Assembly: GCA_937885575.1 (NCBI GenBank)
Contig: CALABO010000014.1
Span: 20,726 to 84,725, forward strand
Direction of reading: 5' to 3'
From: an uncultured Pseudomonadota bacterium
GTDB lineage: Bacteria > Pseudomonadota > Alphaproteobacteria > Rs-D84
Length of the DNA stretch: 64,000 nt
Within the stretch, counting starts at the first letter, position 1, and every line of letters begins with the position of its first letter. Both the position numbers and the translations under genes were made by a program. Below the pieces are notes generated by a model. That model saw only the letters and a program-made list of their open reading frames with translations. It was not told the origin of the DNA and did not search any database. This document shows positions 8,719 through 16,638 of this stretch, piece by piece.

Positions 8719-9720
8719 ATGATAACGGTGAATGATTTTTTTGAACAAGAAAAAGAATGTGGTTATAAAGATGAAACATATTCGGTGCGCGATAATGGTG
8801 CAGTTATGCGTCACGCCAGAGAAGGCAAAATAAAACGTAAACTGGATGAAATATGGACCTTTGGGGATAAGAATACCAAGAATGGGTATATGTATTTAGG
8901 CACGGTTAGGGTGCACAGAATTGTTGCGGCGGCGTTTCTTGATAAAGAACCATCACCAACGCACGTTATTGACCATATAGATACCAACAAATGTAATAAT
9001 CGACCAGCTAATCTGCGTTGGGTCACGAGATTGGAAAATGCATTGTCTAACCCAATAACAAGGAAACGAATAATAGCGTGTTGTGGTAGTATTGAAAAAT
9101 TCTTAGAAAATCCTGCATTGTTGAGAGAAGGTAGTGTAGACCAAAACTTTGATTGGATGCGGACCGTATCCCCAGAAGAAGCAAAAATCAGCAGAGATAA
9201 ACTGGAACGTTGGGCCAAAGAAGATTCTATGCCGACGGGTAAAGGAAAATTGGGCGAATGGGTATACCAAAAAGATGCGGTTGAAGAAGAACAAGAAGAC
9301 AATAATGACGAATATGAACAGGTCACCCAGTCAGAAACACCAAATGCTGTCCAGATTAACTGGCACACGCCAACTTTATTTCCTTTATGTCCAAAACAGC
9401 CAGGGGATAACCCATTGCAAGAATATTTGGATAAATTGGTTGAAGATGCCGTCTTCGCAACAAATCAATATGGAAATTCAATGGTTTTAAAAGCGGATTT
9501 TAATAAAGAACGTAATGCGATTTTTGTGGCCACTTACACAGATTCAGAAAGTGCGGCGAAAGGGTATGCGTTGGCCAAGATAGAATATGATAACACCAAC
9601 AATGTTTTTCGTCACGAATCCAGGGGAACATTTTTCTTTGATGATGGTGTAATGAAATATTTTACCACAGAACGCGGGTATGAGTGGGATGGCGAAGAAG
9701 TTTTTGATGATTTATGTTAA
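8719..9720 (+). CDS. HNH endonuclease (phage homing-endonuclease type) with an unknown acidic C-terminal half
   Basis: HRIVAAAFL..HVIDHIDTNKCNNRPANLRWVTRLEN is an HNH_3-type motif. The upstream YSVRDNGAVMRH resembles NUMOD4. Confidence 0.75.
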   Translation: MITVNDFFEQEKECGYKDETYSVRDNGAVMRHAREGKIKRKLDEIWTFGDKNTKNGYMYLGTVRVHRIVAAAFLDKEPSPTHVIDHIDTNKCNNRPANLRWVTRLENALSNPITRKRIIACCGSIEKFLENPALLREGSVDQNFDWMRTVSPEEAKISRDKLERWAKEDSMPTGKGKLGEWVYQKDAVEEEQEDNNDEYEQVTQSETPNAVQINWHTPTLFPLCPKQPGDNPLQEYLDKLVEDAVFATNQYGNSMVLKADFNKERNAIFVATYTDSESAAKGYALAKIEYDNTNNVFRHESRGTFFFDDGVMKYFTTERGYEWDGEEVFDDLC

Positions 9721-9843
9721 AATATAGTAATATCCAAATATTGCCCCCTTAATTCTGTAAAATTGTATTGATTTAATTCTTGTTTTATTGTATATAAAAA
9801 GTGGCTGTAATGTGCTTTTTATGAAGTGGAAAGGATTTTGTAA

Positions 9844-11352
9844 ATGACTGATACACCAAAGAAAGATATATTGGAATATTTACAATGTATGGTGAACACG
9901 GAAACACCGACCCCACCAAAGGTTGTAAATGATATGTTGGATTTAATTCCTGACAGTGTTTGGGCTGATGATGGTGCTAAAATACTATGCCCAGCGTGCA
10001 AAGATGGTATATTTTTGCGTGAAGCAACTCTTAGGATTTTGCGTAAAAAATATGAACAAATGGGGCCAGTCGCATTTCGTAAACACCAAGATGAAATAGT
10101 TGACCATATATTGCGTAATCGTATGTTTGGAATTGCAATATCGTATCGTGGGTATCGGGTGACCAAACGTAGTTTATATACTTGCAGTAATAAATTTGCA
10201 GGTATAGATAATATATATTTTAATGAAGATTATGGTCGTTATGTACAAGATAAATCTGGTAAAGAAGTAGAAAAGCAATGTTTCCATTTTATTGAAAATA
10301 TTGATGAAGTTTCCAAGTTTTTTGAAGGCAAAGGGGTAAAGAATATGCATTTTGATGTAATTATTGGTAATCCGCCGTATCAAACCAACGATGGTGGAGC
10401 TGGTGCCAGCGCAACACCCATTTATAATGATTTTGTGGACCAAGCCAAAAAATTAAATCCACGTTATCTAACGATGATTATCCCTAGTCGTTGGTTTTCA
10501 GGTGGTAAAGGGCTAGATGCATTCAGAAATAGGATGTTGACCGATAAAAAGATGAGTAAGTTAGTCGATTTTTTTGATGCAACAGATTGTTTCCCTGGGG
10601 TTGATATATCTGGTGGTGTTTGTTATTTCCTATGTGATAACAACAAAAACAAAGAGTGTGAAGTATGCACCGTTAGAAATGGGGTAACATCTTGTATAAC
10701 AAGACCATTGTTGGCATATGGTTCTGATAGTTTTATTCGTTTTAATGAAGCAACGTCTATTGTTGAAAAAGTAAAAAGTTTTGATGAAGAATCTTTTGAG
10801 GAATTAGTTAGTTCGAGAAAACCTTTTGGCCTTGGTACAAAATTAAACATCAAGAAGAAACAAACAAAAGAAGATGATGTTCAAATTTATGCATACCCTG
10901 ATAATGGTTTTGTAAATCGTTCTGAAATACAAGTCAATAGAGAATGGATAAATAAATATAAAGTTTTAATGGGTAAAGCATATGGTGAAAGGGGAAGTTT
11001 TCCATATTGGGTTTTAGGAAAACCGAAAATTGTTACCCCTGGGACTTGTTGTTCGGAAACATATTTGGTTGTTGCTCCTGATAATTCTGCTAAAATAGTA
11101 CAAAATGTGTCCCAATATATCCAAACAAGATTTTTCAGATTTTTGGTTTTATTGAAGAAAAACACTTTAAACGCTCCTAAAGGGGTTTACAAATTTGTCC
11201 CAAAGCAGGATTTTAGTAAAGAATGGACTGATGAAAAATTATATAAAAAATATAATCTTACCAAAGATGAAATAGCGTTTATAGAATCTATGGTCAAACC
11301 AATGGATAAAGATACAGAAATTGTAGATAATATAGATATAGACAATGAATAA
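9844..11352 (+). CDS. N6-adenine DNA methyltransferase, Eco57I-like gamma class (NPPY)
   Basis: FDVIIGNPPYQ has NPPY at nt 10369-10380. The N-terminal TPTPPKVVNDML resembles motif X. The motif I position reads ILCPACKDGIF, which lacks the GxG. Confidence 0.8.
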   Translation: MTDTPKKDILEYLQCMVNTETPTPPKVVNDMLDLIPDSVWADDGAKILCPACKDGIFLREATLRILRKKYEQMGPVAFRKHQDEIVDHILRNRMFGIAISYRGYRVTKRSLYTCSNKFAGIDNIYFNEDYGRYVQDKSGKEVEKQCFHFIENIDEVSKFFEGKGVKNMHFDVIIGNPPYQTNDGGAGASATPIYNDFVDQAKKLNPRYLTMIIPSRWFSGGKGLDAFRNRMLTDKKMSKLVDFFDATDCFPGVDISGGVCYFLCDNNKNKECEVCTVRNGVTSCITRPLLAYGSDSFIRFNEATSIVEKVKSFDEESFEELVSSRKPFGLGTKLNIKKKQTKEDDVQIYAYPDNGFVNRSEIQVNREWINKYKVLMGKAYGERGSFPYWVLGKPKIVTPGTCCSETYLVVAPDNSAKIVQNVSQYIQTRFFRFLVLLKKNTLNAPKGVYKFVPKQDFSKEWTDEKLYKKYNLTKDEIAFIESMVKPMDKDTEIVDNIDIDNE

Positions 11353-11860
11353 ATGTTCTTTGATAAAATCTTGCACACGCGTTAGGGACCTTGGGGAAGT
11401 TTTTACCCCGCGTAAAATTGTGCGGGATATGTGTAATTTGATTCCGAAAGAAGTGTGGAAAAATATAGATGCAACTTTTTTAGAACCTGCGTGTGGAAAT
11501 GGCAATTTTATAATTGAAATATTAAATAGAAAATTAAAACGCTGTAAAACAATCGATGAATGTGTTCGTGCCCTGAAATCTATTTATGGTGTAGATATAA
11601 TGCAGGATAATGTTGAAGAATGTCGGTGCAGAATGCTGGGTATTGTATTGGCTGAAATCCAAAAAAAAGAATGTGTATGTTGGCATAATATTAAAGATTT
11701 TGTTGATGTATTAGAAACGAATATCATCTGTGGAGATACATTAACAATGTTGGATTGTAATGGCGAAGATTTAAAATTTAAAGATTGGAAAACTGGTGAA
11801 TTTGAAACACTGAAACAGATGTTGAATGCAGAACCTGTGCAAACAGAATTAAATTTATAA
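11345..11860 (+). CDS. methyltransferase N-terminal-half-like protein (motif X + intact SAM motif I, no NPPY)
   Basis: GEVFTPRKIVRDM (motif X) and FLEPACGNGNF (motif I). The start overlaps the upstream stop by 8 nt. Confidence 0.6.
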   Translation: MNKCSLIKSCTRVRDLGEVFTPRKIVRDMCNLIPKEVWKNIDATFLEPACGNGNFIIEILNRKLKRCKTIDECVRALKSIYGVDIMQDNVEECRCRMLGIVLAEIQKKECVCWHNIKDFVDVLETNIICGDTLTMLDCNGEDLKFKDWKTGEFETLKQMLNAEPVQTELNL

Positions 11861-11869
11861 GGATGCAAT

Positions 11870-14470
11870 ATGAATATCTATGTTATTTCAAATCCTAATG
11901 ATGGAAGAAACCTTGTAAAGGTAGGGCAAACAAAACGAAGTTGGGCAGAGCGTGAAAAAGAATATCGTACACACGGTACCAATCCGCAAGTTTGGCATAT
12001 TGAATATGATACAACCTTAACAGATGATGACATTAAGCACGTTTTAATCAATGATTTGCACTATACAACCGAAGGAACCGTCGGGGATGAATGGTATGTG
12101 ATTCCAGATGGTGAAACAGAGAAAGATTTTGCTAACAAAGTCAAAGCAGTGATAGTTTCTTTGAAACACAATGAACCTTTGGATTTATTAAGAACACAAG
12201 ATTTTGACCCCAGGGATGAGCAGAAAGAATGTGTTAAGAAAACTTTGACAGCATTTAATGCTGGTAGTGACAAATTCCTTTGGAATTGCAAAATGCGTTT
12301 TGGGAAAACTTTCACAACATATCAGTTGATGAAACAGGCAAATTTTCAAAATATATTGGTTTTAACTTGGAAAGTTGCGGTTGAAAAGGGATGGAAGGAA
12401 GATTTATTGTCGCATCGTGATTTCAAAGGCATTAACTTTGTAAACAAGGATGCATTGGCAACTTTTGATAAATCCAAGCGTAATGTCGTGTTCTTATCAA
12501 TTCCTTTGCTATTGGCGAATACATCCAAAGATGCGAAGGCAGCGGAAGATTCTGAAACAGAAGATGATGCGGCGATTTCAGATGCCAGTATCAATGCATT
12601 TGCAGATAAAATTAAATCAATTGCAGATATGAACTGGGATTTATTGGTAATCGACGAAGCACATTATGGAACACGTGCCAAAAATACCAAAAAGATTTTA
12701 GAAAAATTAAAATACAAAAGGAAACTAGAATTATCAGGAACGCCATTCAAAATATTGGATGACGCAGAATACCATTCTGATGAAATTTATAATTGGACAT
12801 ACAAACAAGAACAGGCAGCAAAATATGGGTGGAAAGGACCAAAAGACCAAAATCCATATAAAGATTTGCCAGATATGCACATTTATACTTTCGATGGTGC
12901 ACGTGAACTGATAAATGATTTTTCAGATACTGTGTTCAATATCAACGTATTGTTTAAAACACATACAGAAAAAGATAAAAATAATAAACCTGACCCCACA
13001 ACAGCGACGTTCGTAAATTTGGATTCTGTAAAAAGAATGATTGATTTTATGTGTGGTGAGCAATTTGACCTGACAGAAGACAAAGATATTAAAGAATATG
13101 ATGTGGTTTTGCCGTATTTCCAAGATATGGTTGATAAAAACAAAAAATCAATCTGGTTTTTGCCTGATGTTGCGTCTGTCTGTGCAATGGAAAAATTATT
13201 GAATAACCATAAAATCTTCAAGAATTATAAAATAATAAATGCTTCTGGGGCGGGTGAAGGGTCCAGTGCAAAATCATTAGATAAGTTTCACGAATTGGAA
13301 CAGAAAACAGATAAAATTATTTGTTTGTCTTGTGGTATGTTGAACACAGGTGTGACTATCAGGCCTTTAAATTCTGTTGTTATGTTGCAGGACAAGCATT
13401 CGGCACAAGATTTCTTTCAATCGATATTTAGGTGTCAAAGTCCTTGCCCACCCGATAAAAGCGATTGTTATGTGTTTGATTTTAACCCGCAGCGTTATTT
13501 CAATAATATGTTGGAATTTTCAAAGGTTAATTCAAGTAAACGTAACCCACGTGAAGTGTTGGAAGAAAACCTTATTGAAACACATTTATATATTGATGGG
13601 AATATGATTGCAACCAACTATGATGATATTATGCAATATGTAAGTTTTGAAGTTAGTCCTGAACGCTTAAAAAAGTATTTTATCAGGTCAAATAATATCA
13701 AAGTTGAAACATTGGAAAATTCGGCAAAAGATATATTAGAAATCATTGATAGTATCCCATATTATAAAAAAGAAACTAAAACAGCAGAAAAGACACAGAA
13801 AAAAACTGGGAACAGCAAGAAAAAACAAGGGAAAAAACCACCTATATCCCCAGAACGTAAAAAAGCATCAGAATATGATATTCGTAAGGCAAAGTTGGAT
13901 ATTTTAATTTCCAGTTTGACGATATTTATTTATATCACAAATGCCCAAGAATCAAATGTTTATGAAATAATCACAACCAAAGAACCCGATTTGTTCAACA
14001 AGATTTGCTTTATTGATGTAGAACAATTCAAAAAATTATATGACTATAAAGATAAAAATGGACGCAGCTTCTTCAAACACGATATTTTGGATAAAGCGAT
14101 TGCCAAATTCAAAAATGAAGAATTTGTGTCGCGTGACTGGGATGAAATTTTACGTGATGAATTTGGTTTGCCACGTGTGGTTGCAACAAAGAAAATTACT
14201 GGCAATCAATTTTCTTTTGATGAAATTGGGTTAAAAGCAGGTGCCGAATTAACTTTTGCTTTAGACCCAAATAAAAGATGCTATGTTGCACCTGATTTAA
14301 GGAATGTGACATACCAAGCAAATTTATATTCTTTGTCTGATTTGGCCAGAATATTGGCAAAAGAAATGGGTGGTAAAGATTGGGAACATCGTGGCCCAAA
14401 ATATTTTGAATATCGTGGGGTTAAATTATCAAAAATTGTGGAAGACATAAATGCCCAATTGGATAGTTGA
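11870..14470 (+). CDS. T5orf172 (GIY-YIG-like) nuclease domain fused to an SF2 DEAH helicase (restriction res-subunit-like)
   Basis: The N-terminus IYVISNP..LVKVGQTKRSWAEREKEY...GDEWYVIP follows the T5orf172 pattern. Walker A is RFGKTFT (about aa 145), DEAH is LLVIDEAHYG (aa 262-265), and motif VI is like QDFFQSIFRCQSP. Confidence 0.75.
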   Translation: MNIYVISNPNDGRNLVKVGQTKRSWAEREKEYRTHGTNPQVWHIEYDTTLTDDDIKHVLINDLHYTTEGTVGDEWYVIPDGETEKDFANKVKAVIVSLKHNEPLDLLRTQDFDPRDEQKECVKKTLTAFNAGSDKFLWNCKMRFGKTFTTYQLMKQANFQNILVLTWKVAVEKGWKEDLLSHRDFKGINFVNKDALATFDKSKRNVVFLSIPLLLANTSKDAKAAEDSETEDDAAISDASINAFADKIKSIADMNWDLLVIDEAHYGTRAKNTKKILEKLKYKRKLELSGTPFKILDDAEYHSDEIYNWTYKQEQAAKYGWKGPKDQNPYKDLPDMHIYTFDGARELINDFSDTVFNINVLFKTHTEKDKNNKPDPTTATFVNLDSVKRMIDFMCGEQFDLTEDKDIKEYDVVLPYFQDMVDKNKKSIWFLPDVASVCAMEKLLNNHKIFKNYKIINASGAGEGSSAKSLDKFHELEQKTDKIICLSCGMLNTGVTIRPLNSVVMLQDKHSAQDFFQSIFRCQSPCPPDKSDCYVFDFNPQRYFNNMLEFSKVNSSKRNPREVLEENLIETHLYIDGNMIATNYDDIMQYVSFEVSPERLKKYFIRSNNIKVETLENSAKDILEIIDSIPYYKKETKTAEKTQKKTGNSKKKQGKKPPISPERKKASEYDIRKAKLDILISSLTIFIYITNAQESNVYEIITTKEPDLFNKICFIDVEQFKKLYDYKDKNGRSFFKHDILDKAIAKFKNEEFVSRDWDEILRDEFGLPRVVATKKITGNQFSFDEIGLKAGAELTFALDPNKRCYVAPDLRNVTYQANLYSLSDLARILAKEMGGKDWEHRGPKYFEYRGVKLSKIVEDINAQLDS

Positions 14471-14988
14471 ATTCCATAAACAGTAAGACAATCAACCAGC
14501 GCAATTAAAAATAAATGCTTGGAGATAGCAGTAGGTTTGAACCGCCCAAGCACATAGTGCCCTTTAACCGTTCTAGAAAACAGTTTTTCATTATTCAGCA
14601 AAAGACCCTGTCTAGCGTTAATGTGCCCGTTGATGAGCAGTTAGGAATCACCCAACCCAACCGATTTCGTGGAAACCAAACACTGTGGTTCTTTTTATGT
14701 TTGGATGTTGCGGGCTTGCGTCCCAACAATTATACCCTTTTTCTCTGTTTACAGACAGTCGGCTGCTGTTAAAACTGAAATTGGCAAAGTCATTTTAACA
14801 ACAGGTTGATTATTGGCGGCGCACAATCCCAGGCGTAGGCCTCACAACATCGCTCAGGTCAACCAGTCGCACGCATATAGAATTGTAAATGGCATTTGAT
14901 TTTTAGAACCGCCATCCTGGTTGCCTAACTGTCAGTCGCTCTATTATGCGTTGTTTGTCGCAGGGACAACTTTTAATTAACCAATTAT

Positions 14989-15198
14989 TTATGCGATTGG
15001 TTGCACATTTTGTTGGTGCTCGGCAATCCAAGCATCCAAATCGTCTTTTTTATAACGAATATTGTGGCCCCAGCGCACGTATGGAATTTTATATTTACCC
15101 GTTGCACGCCAGGTGTTTAATGAACCAACCGTAGTGCCCAAATATGCGGCAGCGGCCTTCTGGTCCATCAACGAATTATTTATTTGCATTTCAAACAT
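14989..15198 (-). CDS. AlpA/excisionase-family helix-turn-helix protein
   Basis: 69 aa. LMDQKAAAAYLGTTVGSLNTWRATGKYKIPYVRWGHNIRYKKDDLDAWI is a typical AlpA/Xis HTH. Confidence 0.75.
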   Translation of the reverse strand: MFEMQINNSLMDQKAAAAYLGTTVGSLNTWRATGKYKIPYVRWGHNIRYKKDDLDAWIAEHQQNVQPIA

Positions 15199-15314
15199 AT
15201 TGAATCCTTTAAAACAATTTAATCGTCAAGCATCTGCTTGTTATTTGTATTATGACGTCGGATTTTGCATAATGCACGACAAGACCACTTTGATAAATTG
15301 GTATTTTTTTGTGT

Positions 15315-15340
15315 AAAAAAAGCGGTCGTGAAAACCGCTT
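15315..15340 (-). terminator. rho-independent terminator for the 15362..16255 gene
   Basis: On the minus strand: AAGCGGT-tttcacg-ACCGCTT followed by TTTTTTT. Confidence 0.7.
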
Positions 15341-15361
15341 ATGTGTTATATGTAATGCAGA

Positions 15362-16255
15362 TTAAAGTGGGTGTATATCTGCATCGGTGAATCGTGGCCT
15401 GAAATAAACTTCTTTGGTGTTGGCAATCGGAAAACAGGTGGGCCTTAATTCAGGATATCCTTCAAAAGCGACAAATATGCAATGGCACATTTTGTCATCT
15501 GTAAGAACTTGGTATCTGGTATATTTGAAATTATCAACCAAATCTTTTTTACTGATGGTTTGGTTTGGGTGTTCAATGTAAAATTTAATCCATTCGTATC
15601 GTTTGCTGTCAGGTCTTAACTTGTATATGAGTGTGGTTTTTGTGCCATCGCAATCGCATAAACGACCATCATCTGTAAGCGTCACGGTGTGACGTTTAAT
15701 TGGGTATGTTTTTTGTAAATTGGCAAAGTTAATTTTTATATCACGATATGATGTTTGGTAATGTGGTTGTGTTGGCACAGCAACAATCCAGTTGTATATG
15801 ATGTCCAATTCCCATTCGTCTGGCAATATAACCGTTATGCGTTTGTTATATCCTTTTGGGTCATAGTTTTTATGCTTATGGATGTTTTTGTTCATCACGG
15901 TGTGATGTTCTGTCCAATCTGGCCAAGCAGGGTCAGCAATGCCTGTGACCGTAATAGCACCAGATTTAATCAGGCCATATAACACACCAAGGGCCTTCGT
16001 CATTTGTCTGTTATAATGGTTATTGACTTTATTGTCTTCATCGTATTTATCGTCTGGTGGTATAATTGGGCTTCCAAATGCGTCACCGTGCGTTAAAAAC
16101 GCATAATTGGTTGACCGCACATATTCCATTCTGTCGCATAATTGTTCGTTGGACTTCGTGCGTGGTTCCCAGCCAAATGCGATATATTCGCAGGCCTGTT
16201 TTAATGTGCATTGGGATTCAATAGGGGGAATAATAACTTTCTTTTTCTGCTTCAT
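15362..16255 (-). CDS. hypothetical protein (island cargo)
   Basis: Long AT-rich ORF. ATG at 16255 is preferred over TTG at 16270. No recognisable motif. Confidence 0.6.
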   Translation of the reverse strand: MKQKKKVIIPPIESQCTLKQACEYIAFGWEPRTKSNEQLCDRMEYVRSTNYAFLTHGDAFGSPIIPPDDKYDEDNKVNNHYNRQMTKALGVLYGLIKSGAITVTGIADPAWPDWTEHHTVMNKNIHKHKNYDPKGYNKRITVILPDEWELDIIYNWIVAVPTQPHYQTSYRDIKINFANLQKTYPIKRHTVTLTDDGRLCDCDGTKTTLIYKLRPDSKRYEWIKFYIEHPNQTISKKDLVDNFKYTRYQVLTDDKMCHCIFVAFEGYPELRPTCFPIANTKEVYFRPRFTDADIHPL

Positions 16256-16390
16256 AACCAATCCTTTCAATACAATATGATTCCCACATCCCCACCTGCA
16301 TCTTAATATAGTTCAACGAAGTGTTTTTTCAATGTGTTGCACCGAATTTAATGGGTGTTTTTTGTGGTATCCACCACCCCTATACCCCAT

Positions 16391-16403
16391 CCCCCCCCCC
16401 CCC
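16391..16403. repeat. homopolymeric C13 (G13 on the minus strand) tract
   Basis: Counted directly. It lies about 135 bp upstream of the 16255 start, on the gene's strand. Confidence 0.9.
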
Positions 16404-16516
16404 ATAGATGTCGGGTTAAATTATGGTGCCATATAAAAAGAATGCTTTTTTTAATGTGTGCCAAGGTGGCTGTGGTGTCTGGCGTTTTTTCTGTGTTGCA
16501 AAATGTTGTTGCCTGC

Positions 16517-16537
16517 CATAGAATATACATAGAATAT
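16517..16537 (+). promoter_or_regulatory. candidate arm-type sites (2 tandem copies of CATAGAATAT, 11-bp period)
   Basis: Same motif as 5764-5815, inside the right end of the island. Confidence 0.6.
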
Positions 16538-16583
16538 AACTTTGCAAAAAGAAAAGGGATTCTGCTGAACCCCTTGGAATCTG

Positions 16584-16635
16584 TGGCTCGGGCAACTGGA
16601 CTCGAACCAGTGACATACGGATTAACAGACCTTAC
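16584..16635 (-). pseudogene. tRNA-Asn(GUU)-like 3' fragment (anticodon loop, T arm, acceptor 3' strand, CCA); no D arm or 5' half
   Basis: The minus strand reads CTGTTAA-TCCGT-ATGTC-ACTGG-TTCGAGT-CCAGT-TGCCCGA-G-CCA. The upstream sequence cannot form a D arm or an acceptor 5' strand. Confidence 0.65.
16611..16628 (+). repeat. attR core (TGACATACGGATTAACAG)
   Basis: Identical to 5645-5662. It overlaps the anticodon-loop/variable-region part of the tRNA-like fragment and ends 10 bp from the rplQ stop codon. Confidence 0.8.
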
Positions 16636-16638
16636 TAC

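Larger units (their letters stand above)
5645..16628. mobile_element. integrative genomic island (integrase + Xis + defence-like cargo)
   Basis: Perfect 18-bp direct repeat at both ends, arm-type repeats inside both ends, a tyrosine integrase next to attL, an AlpA-like gene, and an interior clearly more AT-rich than the flanking core genes. Confidence 0.8.

Noticed and set aside
14471-14988. tmRNA (two-piece alphaproteobacterial ssrA), RNase P RNA, a retron msr/msd or a group II intron remnant in the ORF-free island segment
   Set aside because: I found no tag-peptide reading frame (ANDN..-type), no tRNA-like acceptor/T-arm pair, no nearby reverse transcriptase and no domain-V-like hairpin. 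The segment is kept only as an unassigned candidate ncRNA.
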